From: Rhodosorus marinus CCMP1338 | Taxonomy: Eukaryota > Plantae > Rhodophyta | Direction of reading: 5' to 3' | Length of the DNA stretch: 64,000 bases | Assembly: GCA_029953675.1 (NCBI GenBank) | Contig: JAMWBK010000011.1 | Span: 1,302,001 to 1,366,000 of the forward strand | Shown: positions 11,992 to 23,799 of the stretch, piece after piece | Layout of the letters: each line of letters opens with the position of its first letter | Numbering within the stretch: the first letter of the stretch is position 1 | Notes under the pieces: generated by a model | What the model saw: the letters and a program-made list of their open reading frames with translations, nothing else | Told to the model about the DNA's origin: nothing | Databases searched by the model: none | Program-made: the position numbers and the translations under genes

Positions 11992-14118
11992 TCAAGCAAC
12001 CCTTCCCCACGCCAGCGAGGTCACATACAAAAGGTCATTCCAATCTTCACGTATTTTGTGAAGAGGGCCATGGCTAGTTCTGGTACACCTCTGTTCCTCT
12101 CCAAAGCAGTGACCCCGGCTCAGGACGAAAGCGCTTTGGTCGTGAGTGCAAGCCACCGCGGTGACCATGTAGTTTTCATCCCATCGAGCGTGGACACTCT
12201 CGCTTGGGTACTGGAAGTCGAGTTCCACACATTGGTCCTTGTAGGGCGCGCCTCGGCTCATTACCACGCACCACTGCTGCTGAAATCGTCCCTGCGTCGA
12301 TATGGCAGTAATGAAGTATCCCGAGGACCACTTCTCGCTTACCCACTTGGAGGGGAAGGTCGCTGAGACAATGTAGCTCTGTTGCTTGTATTTTTTGCCT
12401 CTCTGCATCATCGAGCAGACTACTCCCCAGCTCGAATCGTTCCCAGCAACCGAGGTTATGAAAAATCCGTCATCCCACTTCTGTCGCACCCATTCACGTG
12501 GAAAGTCTGGGTCAGGGCAATAGTGGAGAGCCTGCTCAGTATACCCGCTGTTCTTCGCGTTCAGCACAGCAGTCCACATGCTCCCTGCGAAATTGAGCGT
12601 CGTGATCCGCATATTCTGACTCCATTTCTTCTCAACTTCCTTTGCTAGGTTTTGGTAGGTAGTGTGCGATGTATAGCACTGCGTATGAGGTGACTGAATA
12701 GAAAAACGATTTTGTAATAGAACCGGTCAGATGATTTCACTCACGTGCAGAAGGCAAAGCGCAAGCGGTTTGACCTAGGCCCTGCTCTTGAAGTGTGCTC
12801 CAGGCAAAATATTGCACATACGTTTCCAGTTCGTGCCGAGGTCGATATGATGACCCACTGATGGGTTTTTATCCTCTTCGGGACAACGAGTTTGTACTTC
12901 TTTGCAATTGGCTCCGCCTCAGGCTCCGCTGATACCTCGTTGTTAGAACGCTTTCGCTTTTGTCCCGCTGTCACAGTCGTTTCTTTGTCTCTGGAATCGT
13001 CCTCCCAGCTGTCCTTGTCAGTCGTTTCCGCGCTGCGTTGCTCGATCAATGTTCGCACTTTCCTCATCCCCCCATTGACCGAATCGAACAGCATCAAGAG
13101 GTAGTCGTATTGCGGACGATCCTCAAACTTGAGATTCTTCACGTAGGCAATATAATATTGCATGATCTGAAGCAGAGGACAATCGAGGCCACGTTGAATA
13201 TCTAAGTACGCAAAACCTCAAAGTTGTTGCTCAGCTTACTTCAGGTGCCCCACGGCACATTGACTCTATCGTCAATCTCCCCTTGGTCTCACAAACTTGC
13301 ATGTTTTTGTCATCACCGCAATAGCCTTGCCACGGAAGCGAGCCGTTGAACAGATACAAAAGCATGTAGCCCAGAGACTCCAGATCGTCCCGTCTAGACA
13401 GCCACCTTCCGAGATGTGCGTTAACTGAGGCATATCTGACCGTCCCCGAGAAATGATCTACTCTCTGCCCATAGCTGATGTGCCCGTTGGCACGGGAGTT
13501 GTCTCTCCACTTGCTGGCAAGCCCCAAATCTATCATATAGAGACCCTTCGATGGATCCGAGATGGTTGATCCCTCGCTTGGACTGCACAAAAAATTCTCC
13601 GGTTTGACGTCGCCATGTACGTAGCCCTTTGCGTGCAGTTTTCGAAGAAGCTCTACGCACTTGGTCTGAAAGAATGGACGTAAAAAAAAAGCACCACATT
13701 TAGCACATCAAGAAAATGGACTGTCTTTCTTGACGACGCTCCAGAAACCTACGCCAATAATCATCACTTGGTCAAAGCTCAAGTGCCTATTTGGCTTTGA
13801 TTCTAAGAGCCGCTGTAGAGTAGGACCTAGCAGGTCCATAACCATCACATAATACCTCCCGTGCATGCCTGTATAATAAACTCTCGGTGCCCCATTCCCA
13901 TCCATGGCCCTCATCACCTCCCATTCCCTCCTCGCAATCGAGCCGCTCCTATGTTCCAACTTAACCGCCACCTTCTTCCGGCTCGTATAATGTTGGCCCA
14001 TATAAACATCTCCAAAATGCCCGCTCCCGAGATGTGCCGTGCGAATTATCTCATACCGATTCCGACCATCCCCCACCTGAGGCGGAACCGGATCCTTCCG
14101 GCTCTCATCCTCCGCCAT
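11992..14118 (-). CDS. Casein kinase 1-like kinase of the MUT9-like/PPK/HD16 type (multi-exon)
   Basis: LGSGHFGDVY, HGDVKPENFL, IDLGLASKW, FSGTVRYASVNAHLG..SRRDDLESLGY, LPWQGY; C-terminal repeats 'QWVIIST', 'VELDFQYPSESVHARWD..Y.VTAVACT.DQSAFVLS' are characteristic of the MLK/PPK C-terminal domain. Confidence 0.88.
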
Positions 14119-15690
14119 ATTAACTCCAAACTCAACAACTATCTTCCACTGTAATCAAGACGCTCATTCACTAGTTTTAGCGCTCATATATCTATTGCTC
14201 ACATCCCTTTTCCCGCCCCCAACCCCTCAACCTGTCCCACCTTTCACATTCCATTCGAGCTCCTCACTCCCTCGTCCTCTGGGGTCACGTGAGCCCTTGA
14301 AAAACGGATCCACTTTTGGTTCGACGATAGAAGAGGGAGTTTTAGCAGCGTTTAAGATACATTCTCTATTTTGATGCGGTAAGGTTAGCTGTGAAGACTT
14401 TGCAGGTTGTGAGGAAGGAAGCGAGCAGGATTGTAGACACTCTGACACACGTAGAACATAGCAAGTTGATCAACTTTGAGAATTTTCCCGGCCAGGAATA
14501 TGCCCAGGTCTAGACCACTGTAAGCTGTTTCAGGTCGTTGTCTGCTAGCGAAGGCTCTGAAGCGGTCTAGTGGGGTAAATCCTGTGCTTGTCGTGAACTA
14601 AAATTCGCGTTGCATAACTGCTCTTCCTTCGCCGCCCAGACAGCGGCGATAAGGATTTCGCAGAGAGCTAGCTCGCCGTGGATCCTCGTCCTCCGTCATC
14701 CGGTTTGGAGAGGTCATGTCGCGTTCTGCACATACTTTGCAGAAGTTGTGTTGGGCTGCGAATACAGAATGCAGTACCCTTGGTTGCGATCAGAATCGAT
14801 TGGGGACTGCAGCTTTGCCATTTTAGCTGTGGAGGAACTATCATGACACGTCCGATTACGGACATAATTTAGACTTGATTGCCATTATTTTCTATTACAT
14901 CATGTACAATCGAATTAAGTATTAACACGCGTCTGTTTTCCAAGATCCTTACCATTATTTAGAAATTTTGGTGCGTTCTGAGTACGTGTTCAGTACCTCC
15001 CATGAGCAATGTATGGGAATACCGCCAGAAGAACTGCGAATGTTTTACATGAATCTTACTTTTCAATCCTAGCTAGAGAGCTACAGAGCTCCACAAGCGC
15101 CTGATTTCTACTACAACTCAGGTGGCGTCGCAGCCGGTCGCATATCCGAATTTCGAATTCGAAGTGAAATCGTTGACTACTAGAAGCTGTTTAGTAACCT
15201 CCCCGCGCATACTCTACGGATGCGCGCTCTGGATATTGCTAAGTCGAGTATCAATACAAACCAGCGGCGCTTTCTCCCCTGCGAGAGCAGAGCTGCGGAG
15301 AAACATTCTTGGTTGACTGAGTAGTTGAGTAGTTGACTAGTTCCCCTGTTGAGACGATTCAAGATATGAGCTTGGGATCTGTTCAAGTTCAGCAAACTAA
15401 AGCGGAGAGCCGGATCTGGAGCATCGGAATGTGGTGTTACCATTCCCATTCTGAACACACCATTATCGTCCCGGTGTCTGTTGAACCAAAACCCTGAACA
15501 GTCTTAAAAGGGGATGGGGGGGAGTTGGTAATTTTTTGAAATTTGCTTTCCACGACCGTCGAAGTAAGAGAGAGAGTTACTTTCAGTAGACTTGGCGTGA
15601 GCGAAGTATGCCTAGATGATGGTCACGAGCTGAAGAAGAAGGTCAGGTGGGTTGAGGAAGGTGTAGAGTCTGCGTCCTTGGTCCGAAACC

Positions 15691-17322
15691 ATGGGTGAGG
15701 TTGTGGCGGAACATCCCCTGCTTGGTGAGGATGGCTCTGAGGAACGAAGGAGTGCGAAACCTGGAGATGTCGAAAGTGGACCACGGGACGGGGAGAATGG
15801 TCATGCTGGTGACCGGCATGAGACGGAGGGAGTTGCTTCAGCCGCGCAAGGAGAAGAATATTTAGGCAGGTTGGGCGGAGATGGTGGTGGTGATGAGCGG
15901 GAAGCGAGTGAGGACCCAGCGGAGAAGGGATCTGCTGGGGACGGAAACGAAATCGAAGGCGACGATGACGATGTCGATGACGATAACAACGACGACGACG
16001 ACGACGATGACGGAGTTGTCGTACTGTTCAACGCCCCAGATGCCTCGGAGGGGTTGGGTGTAGATGGAAAGTCCGGATTGCTTCGTTTTCAAGGCTCGCA
16101 ACGAGGTTGGAACAAGCTCTCATTGAACACGACTGGCGGAGCAGCTGATGGAAGTGCCGGAGCAAGTAAAAACCAGTCGATTGTCTCTCTTTTAGCGAAC
16201 CCGACCATGACTGTCCCTACCAACCAAAAATCTGTCTACGATATTGAAATTGGAAAGCTCCCGGAGAAGCCCTGGCGGGAGCGTGGCGCTGATCAGAGTG
16301 ATTATTTTAATTATGGATTCACGGAAGAGACTTGGAAAATTTATTGCGAGCGGCAGGTGCAGATGAGACTGGAAGCGTTCATGTTGGCCAAGGTGAAGAC
16401 GGTGGAGGGAACAACGGAAGCACCAAAAGAAAGGGAGCCAGAGAGACCAGCAGCGCTTCCCCAACCTCCGCCTCCTTTCAACCCTGGTGCGTTCATGCCG
16501 CCAGGATTCCCGATGCCACCACCCCAACCATTGCAGCAGACCCCAGTGGAAACTTCAAAGTCCGAAAGGAAGGTCAATGACGAAGTCGTGATGTCTCTCA
16601 CTGGCGCGACTCCAGAAAAGGACAAGCAGGGAGACGAGGCATCGGCGCACGCGGAAAATGGTGCAGAACCTTCGGTACCGACTGACGGTGCACCGCCAGG
16701 ATTGCCCATGTTCAATATGGGGCCACCACCGTTCAATCCCGGCAACGTTCCGTTCCCCGGCGGAATGCCTTTCAACCCCTTTGGAATGGGAGGACCACCA
16801 CCTTTCTTCCCCGGAGGAGGTGGCCCCGGAGCGCCACCGAATTTCAATGCGTTGGGTGGATTTCCTGGGATGCCGCCTCCCCAGAATCCTGCTGGTGCAA
16901 ATTCTGAAAAGGACGAGGCTCGATCGACTAAACGTGATGAAGAGAAGCCAGGAGTCCGTGGGAGCGAGCGAGATGGAGGTGGCCATGAGAGTTGGGAAGA
17001 AAGGAGAAGGGGCTCGCGAGACGAAAGAGAGGATAGACGCGAGAACAACAACAGGTGGGATCGACGTGATGATACGCGACGAGATGAAAGGCGTGACGGA
17101 CGCAGAGACGACCGAAGAGATGACCGTAGGGATGACCGCAGGGATGACCGAAGAGATGATCGGAGAGAAAGGGGGCGGGAGCGATCACCAAGGGGCAGAG
17201 ACTATGATCGATCGAGGGATTCCAGAGATCGTAGAAGAGGTAGGGACGACGGCAAGGACCGGCGGCGGTCTCAAGATGACCGTTATGATGATGAGCGCTC
17301 ATCGAAGAGGAGCAGGAGGTAA
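15691..17322 (+). CDS. FIP1: Pre-mRNA 3'-end-processing factor FIP1 (543 aa, intronless)
   Basis: Acidic N-terminus; Fip1 motif 'LPEKPWRERGADQSDYFNYGFTEETWKIYCERQ'; Pro-rich middle; RD-rich tail with 12-bp RDDR repeats at ~17090-17165. Confidence 0.93.
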   Translation: MGEVVAEHPLLGEDGSEERRSAKPGDVESGPRDGENGHAGDRHETEGVASAAQGEEYLGRLGGDGGGDEREASEDPAEKGSAGDGNEIEGDDDDVDDDNNDDDDDDDGVVVLFNAPDASEGLGVDGKSGLLRFQGSQRGWNKLSLNTTGGAADGSAGASKNQSIVSLLANPTMTVPTNQKSVYDIEIGKLPEKPWRERGADQSDYFNYGFTEETWKIYCERQVQMRLEAFMLAKVKTVEGTTEAPKEREPERPAALPQPPPPFNPGAFMPPGFPMPPPQPLQQTPVETSKSERKVNDEVVMSLTGATPEKDKQGDEASAHAENGAEPSVPTDGAPPGLPMFNMGPPPFNPGNVPFPGGMPFNPFGMGGPPPFFPGGGGPGAPPNFNALGGFPGMPPPQNPAGANSEKDEARSTKRDEEKPGVRGSERDGGGHESWEERRRGSRDEREDRRENNNRWDRRDDTRRDERRDGRRDDRRDDRRDDRRDDRRDDRRERGRERSPRGRDYDRSRDSRDRRRGRDDGKDRRRSQDDRYDDERSSKRSRR

Positions 17323-17468
17323 ATAGGTTCTGTACGCAGTTATTATTTTGTTTTCCTATTTCAACGGTCTACCAGAGTTTTTTCATACAACAAACCAAAA
17401 AGCCGCAACTTCAGATCAGATAAATAAGCGATCCTCTGTGGAGGTGGCCGTCGAATTTCAAGCACATG

Positions 17469-18747
17469 TCACTCCTCCTGATCGGCTTCACCCTCTTCAC
17501 TACCCCCCTTCTGACGGAACCCCTTTGGCAGACTGTTGTACAGCGGCAGCGCTACAGACATCGCACTCTTCAAATGAATGGACTGAACATTGGCAAAACC
17601 TCCAGGGCACAGCTCAACGATTCGGTCAACGGCAGAGAGTATGTTGTCCGTAAGCTGCTTTGCCTTGAAGTTGACGAGTCCAACCTTCACCGCAAAGACA
17701 TTTCCAGTTCCGAGGTGGATGTACGTCGATGACACAGCGGTCTCCAGCTGTGTTTTTAGGTCACGTCGCATGTCAACAGAGGAGGGAATCCTGTAGGAGG
17801 GAGGGAAGAATTGCTCGCAATTTCAGTGACAGTGCATCAGCTACCATTGTACATTCCAGGCGTGGTGGAATCCAGCGCATGAGTCGGCCCAAGGAGAGAA
17901 AGCACGGGCTTTCATGCTACAGAACATGTTCCAGGTCTAAGCAAGACTTGCAACTTTGCCTGTCTGGAAGCAGCACGGGGGTTCCTCCCCTGCTGGTCAT
18001 GTCATGCCCTTCAAAACTAGTGGGTTAAGTGTTGCTAGATTTGCGTACTTTTTTGATCGAAAGAAGTGCTTGCCAAGCAGTTTTGGTAGCAAAGGGAGGA
18101 CACGATCGTCGGCAAGAAACAAGTCATACGAGTCACACAGCTGTCTCTTGGACTCAAACGTCTTATACCGAGCCTTGAGCTTCGACACTCCAAGTACCTG
18201 ACCAAGCAAGCAGTAGGTTTTCTAAGTTTCCTCCAGCAGCGAGAATGTAACCGGTAAGCCATCCATCTACATACCTTGGTCACCCCGCAGGACCCGTTCT
18301 CAATAAGATAGTCCTTCACAGTTCGCTGGGGGTCTTTCACAATAAAACATACCTCTGCGCTTTCCGACTTGTAAAGCGGCGACGTCAGTGGACTACAACG
18401 AAGAAGCAATGTAGAAATTAGCAAGGCTGGGTTCATAGCAGGTATCGGCGTACCGTGCTCCGCGTTTGGAAGGTAGCTTCTCACATTCTCTGCGGCTTTG
18501 TTTTCTTTGACTTCCTCACGCTCCTGACGGCCACCACAAGCGACACATACTCATCTACTGACGTTTCTTTTCTCTTCACATGCTTCAAAAGCGCCCTCGC
18601 CGCATTGAACGTCTGCGGCCGGTCCAAAACCTCGCTCGTAACCTTCTTCACTCCAGTCTTGCTCTTTTTCTTCTTCTTCCGCACGTCTCCATCCCCGGAC
18701 ATTTCGGTCCTTTCCGCCTCAACGCTCTTCACCTTCAATTTTTTCAT
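17469..18747 (-). CDS. RSL1D1: Ribosomal L1 domain-containing protein 1 (Utp30/Cic1-like; multi-exon)
   Basis: 'VCFIVKDPQ', 'YKTFESKRQLCDSYDLFLADDRVLPLLPKLLGKHFF', 'IHLGTGNVFAVKVG', 'NVQSIHLKSAMSVALPLY'. Confidence 0.88.
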
Positions 18748-18908
18748 CGTGCTCCTCCTAAAAACTCAACATTGATCTCTTTCCTACAGCCCTTCGCGCT
18801 CCTCAACATACCTCCACGGCTCAGAACATCAGCCCCAATACCAACAGCCAAATCCCCTATTAAAACCCCCCCTCTTCGCCGTTCGCACGAAAGACCCAAT
18901 GTCATCCT

Positions 18909-20516
18909 CTCCAAACCAAAGACGTCGAAATACATGTTACATCTAAAATTATTTTTTTTTAAGGTAACGGGAATTGTTCCTTTTTTGTTTTACTCTACAA
19001 TCTAAGTGAGACAGCTGTCCCATATTTGATGAAGCTTTTGCAGGGTGCATTCGCGTGGAATCGGGTCCAAGATGTCAGTTGCTGAAATCTAATCATCGAG
19101 GCCACCCTCCTTAGACCTGCCGCCAACAGTCCTGTCACGGTCACCTTGTCTCTCCCTAGTATAGCTTATTTTCGAGACCTGATGTGACTAGGTCATATTC
19201 CCACAATGGGCTACCGGCCATTGGGCAAATTGAAAGACAGACTTGACTTCTGTACGCGGGGCCCTTACCGGTCTAAGCAAGCTTCCCGTTCAATCTTGCT
19301 AAGCTGGATAAGACTATAGAAGATCGAGATAAAATGTGGACTGGAATAAAGAGCGCAAGGAGGTTTTCAGTTGCAATATAGGCTTTTCATCTGGTCAAAT
19401 TTCTCAAGGTTTTTTCATGGTTTGGTCTGCGACTGGTCAACGTGCCTCTCAGCATACCGAGAGGCTCACGTTGTTCTTGTACGCGGTTGCAGTTTAGACC
19501 CAACTCAATTAGAAGCGTTTCACGAATCCTCTCAAAGCCCTGCCATGAAAGGTCTCTTCGAAGCGGCAGAATTTGGTGTAGGGGTTGGATCCTGAGTCGA
19601 GACTAGCTTCTTACAGTGGTGACTGGCCCACGGAATACTTCGCAGCGGATTCTGAGCGTCTCCAAAATTGCCAGCGTATCTCAGCTTTGCATCGAATTCA
19701 ATGCAGCTCGCGATTAGCTTGTCTAGTTAGCCTCTGAATACGTGGGTGATCCGTAAACAGCTCCTAGGGGATCAAGGTGTTGAACGGCGCTCCGTTTTAC
19801 ATGGATGAGATGAAACGACTGTGATGCACGGACACTTATACGTGCCGTCTTCTTCTGATACATGTAGCCATCGCTGGTAACAGTTGATGATGAGATTGAC
19901 TGAAGGACGGCTATATAAAGGATGCAAGGGTCTATAGGAAACTCGCCTTTTGCGCGGTGCACAGTTTAATAGGTGCGCGTGCTTCCGCATGAGTTGCAAT
20001 TTTGCGTGATCCGGAGCCTGACTTGGACCACACGGGCAATCATTACGAATTCAATCATCGCTATCAATCAATAACAAAAGGATGGACTACCCCCATAATC
20101 AAGCGTCCTTGTTCGCGTCAATCACTTTGAAGCTAAGACTCCAAAAGCACCCACTCAAAACTGAAACGCAACCAGCCAAGACCTCGTCGCTTCAACACGG
20201 CCCAAACCCGGCGGCTTCAAAAGTCTTGCAGAGTCAAACTGCACGGCGAATGAACGTATGAACGAACCAAGTATCTTGTACCCATGCCGTCTCAGTGTCG
20301 CCTTATAGCGGTATCCTAGCAGCACGCTCACCAAGGCCAATGATCTAAATCCGAAATCTAAGCCCCTTTCGCGCGAACCAAACCCGAAGGCGCTTGCTCC
20401 AAACTAAATACGTCAGAATTACATTTGACTACTATATCTAAAATTATTTATTTTAGCGTAAAAGGGAGTTCGTTCCTTTTCGGTTTTACCATCAATCCAG
20501 GTCAAGACAGCTGTCC
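18909..20516 (+). repeat. Diverged ~115-bp direct repeat (18909-19020 and 20397-20516) in an intergenic region
   Basis: Shared blocks in the same order: ctccaaac.aaa.acgtc, tacat, atctaaaattatt, gg.a.t.gttcctttt..gttttac, caatc.a.gt.agacagctgtcc. Confidence 0.7.
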
Positions 20517-20849
20517 AGTGTGATGACTGAGTTGGCTTGACGCTCTGATGCTCTGGGTGTACTCGCTGTCTCTGCTTTCTCGAGAGGCTATGATGGAAGA
20601 GACAAAATTTTCTGGATCTACCGTTCATGTAAACATAGGGGGACGTTTCTTGCCGATACAGGGAGTTGGATGTTCTCACCGTTGTCCTCGAGATGTGGCT
20701 TGAAGAACTGGCCCCGGGTGTGCTGAGAGGAATCCGAGTCAGAATGATGGGCCCGGTGCTTGGTGGGATATGAAATGCCACGGAACGCTTGCAAGGGCAA
20801 GCTTATTTTTATTTACGGTGTCAAGGAGATTTCGAGTTCTTGTGGCTTT

Positions 20850-21965
20850 CTAATCATCGCGAATCTTCGCTTGCTCGAATCTCGAGCCGACGAGGGACAA
20901 TGCCTCGTAGCTATTGGCAAAGTCTTTGATGAAAGCCTTGCTGTTGGATGCGTACTTGGCCACCCACCCGGCGCTGGCAGGATCTGCGAGCATATCCTTG
21001 TCAAACTGGCTGAGGCTATCGGGGTTTTTCTTCTGGGCGTTAAGGACTTCCTTCAGATAAGACGAATCGAGCTTGGAGCCCGCGATCTGCAGGTTTGATA
21101 TCTGTGAATCCACGAGAACTGCACCTCTTCTTTTCCTAGCCCCAGCTGGCTGACCCGACCCCCCAACTGCACCATAGGTGAGGTCTCCCTTGTCCTTGAA
21201 GACGGATTCGCTGTCGAGATCATCCTCATCCACCGCACGAGCTTGCAGCTCTTCGTTCCTTTTCTCAGCGATTTGTGCCAAGGCCTGGATGGCGGTGTGA
21301 AAAACTACTGCATCCCGAGCACCGTCCCGCCCGGATCGATCGAGCGCGGCTTTGAAAGCTTGATACCCGGATGAGGCTGAAAGCGTTTTGTAGATTCCAG
21401 ACGTGTCCTTCTCTTCAGCATCTTCTCGGCCGATCTGGATGACAATTCTCGGACCACCTACAACTTCCGAAGCAACAGCCCCAGCAAAGGCGAAATAGTC
21501 TGCCGTAGACACCTCCTCCTTGGACTTTTGCCTGTATCCTTTGATCGTTTCGTACGCGTCAACGAGCACTGCGTTGTCGCTGCTACCAATCTCGTACGAG
21601 AAAGCTCCGTCCAGACCTCCTCCAGCAGTAGACTTATCGTAGCTTAGCGCATCCAGAACGGGCAGCATGATGAATGCCGGCAACAAAAGAGGGTTATCGC
21701 CAAGAGCAGTTCGAAGGTTCTGCTTGAGCCGATTAATTGTAGACACCTTCATCTCCTTGTCTCCATACCTGTCAATATCAACATTCACTTTCGCGAACGC
21801 CGCATTGGGAGCTACCAATCCCAAACCCAATACCCCACTCAGCCGAAGCACCTCCCGACGAGAACAATCCATGCTCATCCTAACGCTTCCCACACCGGTC
21901 CTCCCAACGACCCTACATCCTTCTCTACGACCTCCGAACCCAGCGCTTACTACGAAAGCCTCCAT
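20850..21965 (-). CDS. TL29: Thylakoid lumenal 29 kDa protein / APX4-like non-catalytic peroxidase homologue (371 aa)
   Basis: Bipartite transit peptide with Tat signal 'SRREVLRLSGVLGLGLVAPNAAFA'; APX-like 'DALSYDK..GGGLDGAF', 'STADYFAFAGAVASEVVGGPRI..GREDA'. Confidence 0.78.
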   Translation of the reverse strand: MEAFVVSAGFGGRREGCRVVGRTGVGSVRMSMDCSRREVLRLSGVLGLGLVAPNAAFAKVNVDIDRYGDKEMKVSTINRLKQNLRTALGDNPLLLPAFIMLPVLDALSYDKSTAGGGLDGAFSYEIGSSDNAVLVDAYETIKGYRQKSKEEVSTADYFAFAGAVASEVVGGPRIVIQIGREDAEEKDTSGIYKTLSASSGYQAFKAALDRSGRDGARDAVVFHTAIQALAQIAEKRNEELQARAVDEDDLDSESVFKDKGDLTYGAVGGSGQPAGARKRRGAVLVDSQISNLQIAGSKLDSSYLKEVLNAQKKNPDSLSQFDKDMLADPASAGWVAKYASNSKAFIKDFANSYEALSLVGSRFEQAKIRDD

Positions 21966-22914
21966 AGCCTTACCAGTATCCTCTCACGCTCCGTACTCGC
22001 TTTTATGATGCCACCTGACCCGATCCCCTCTCCATGCGTTGCCCTTCTCCCAGCCAGACGTCACCCGAATCGCACTTCAACGGATAGAGAGTATCGGCAA
22101 TACCACACAAACACCCTTAGTGGAGATATTCAGCTCCGTTGGTCAACGGTCGATTTTCCGGGAAATTGAGCGTCAGGGTTAGAATTTTTCAGGGTCAATG
22201 GCATCCGCTTGTTTGGTTTGGTGAGGAAATACTTCAGTAACGACTAGGGACACTCGGTCTTGATAATGGTGGTAGTTTTACTAGCATAGCCTGAAGCGCC
22301 ACGGAGGCCGAAAAAGGAACCAGGAACTAGGGAGAAAAGGTTGTAAGCCCGACCGGCGGTGGCGCACCTCGGCGAGCATGCTGCTAGAATATCGCCAGAG
22401 GGCGACACTTAGTGGCGTAGGAGTCTTGACAATGGCGCAAGGTTGTCGAAGCTTTTCTGGGCTGCACTGCTCGGATAATAGGATGCGCTTGAAGAGTTTC
22501 ACAATAGTGGCGAGGCTTTGATGCTGTTCGGATCTGGGTGTCCGCGCGGGAGGAGGATTCTTTGCTAAGGACTGTCTGGTCGACTGCGCACGTTATGGCC
22601 TGGTTTTGGGCTCGGATTAATTGTTTGGATAAACCGGCTTCTCGGTGAGGTTGATCATGTGCAGGAATTGGCCATCTAGCTAGATCGTCACTCCGTAGAA
22701 AGCTCTTCGTTCCCGTACATGAATATCAACCAACTATTGTCCAGGATGTCATTGTTTTGGAACCGCTGAACTTGGCCGTCTAGATGGCGCCAGTAAGCCG
22801 ATGTACCAACGGTGGGATGGTGTTACGTTAATTTCCAACGCCAGAAAAATATATAAGAGTCTTTATTACTGTACATAGAAGTGCTGATTGAGCAGCTCGC
22901 GCTCTGGACTCCGG

Positions 22915-23799
22915 TTATGCGTCCTTGCCGTTCCCATTTTCTATGTCCAGTTTCATAATGGCCTTGTGCTGTCCGTTAATTGCTCCTACCACTGCAGAGA
23001 GGAACGTCATGGACATGAACACCCCAGAAAATATTGGGTACCAAATCCAGCTCGGTTTGATCGGTTTGCCCAGGATGGCCGGGTGGAGTATGAGGCCTTT
23101 GTACACGAACGCCACGATGATATAGAAGACAAGCTCGGCGATAAAAATATCCTTCTCCTGGACTGTATCAGCTGATCGTATAGCGGTTACAAGCAGCGCA
23201 CAAAAGAGAACGAACCCTAGTGCGACCAGCAGCTGTAGGACTATAAAGTTCGCGTTGCCCATCTCCTGTAAATCAGCAAGTGGGTTTCGCCCGGTTGCCA
23301 GCCCAATGATACACAGCAGAGTTCCAATGCAAGTGTTGACAAAGTTGCCCAACAGGACAAAGTGTCTCACTGAAAACCTCTCGGACATTTTCCGCAGTCC
23401 GTAAATGGCGATCAGGAGTGGCATTGAAACGACCAGCAACGAAACAGTCCATGACAGTGCTCGGACATATTTGCTACTCACATATGCTTCCATTTCCTTC
23501 TCTACAAGGTGTTCCATGGGAACGAACTCGTCCCGCCCAACGGTCTCCAACGACTGAATCATGTTGGTTGCTTCCATTCTTCCGAATTTCAGCTTCTCTG
23601 CTTCCGTCTCCAACCAGGGCTTGTGTTTTTCAGAGCCAGAAACAATTTGCGCTTGATGTACGTCAATCAGGGCGCGTTCCTCGCTTCGTATCCCTTCCTC
23701 CTCCGTGTCCGCTGCAGTTCCCTCCGGCAAGACGATCGTTTGACACAGCAAACTCATGAGGAGGATAAAACGCAGCGAGACAACCATCGACGGCAACAT
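22915..23799 (-). CDS. Hypothetical multi-pass membrane protein (signal peptide plus ~5 TM helices), intronless
   Basis: Long clean ORF; hydrophobic N-terminus MLPSMVVSLRFILLMSLLCQTIVL; several hydrophobic segments in the C-terminal half; no family recognised. First ATG at 23799. Confidence 0.7.
   Translation of the reverse strand: MLPSMVVSLRFILLMSLLCQTIVLPEGTAADTEEEGIRSEERALIDVHQAQIVSGSEKHKPWLETEAEKLKFGRMEATNMIQSLETVGRDEFVPMEHLVEKEMEAYVSSKYVRALSWTVSLLVVSMPLLIAIYGLRKMSERFSVRHFVLLGNFVNTCIGTLLCIIGLATGRNPLADLQEMGNANFIVLQLLVALGFVLFCALLVTAIRSADTVQEKDIFIAELVFYIIVAFVYKGLILHPAILGKPIKPSWIWYPIFSGVFMSMTFLSAVVGAINGQHKAIMKLDIENGNGKDA

Noticed and set aside
16192-17326. Several 110-236 aa alternative-frame and antisense ORFs over FIP1
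   Set aside because: By-products of low-complexity Pro- and Arg/Asp-rich coding sequence.
19723-19999. Cys-containing short ORFs (e.g. 'CYQRWLH...YKCPC') as a RING remnant
   Set aside because: Cys/His spacing does not fit a RING finger and there is no supporting exon structure.
22340-22480. Minus-strand 'ASYY...FDNLAPLSRLLRH' resembling a gypsy RT/RNase H connector
   Set aside because: Too short and poorly aligned to distinguish from chance.
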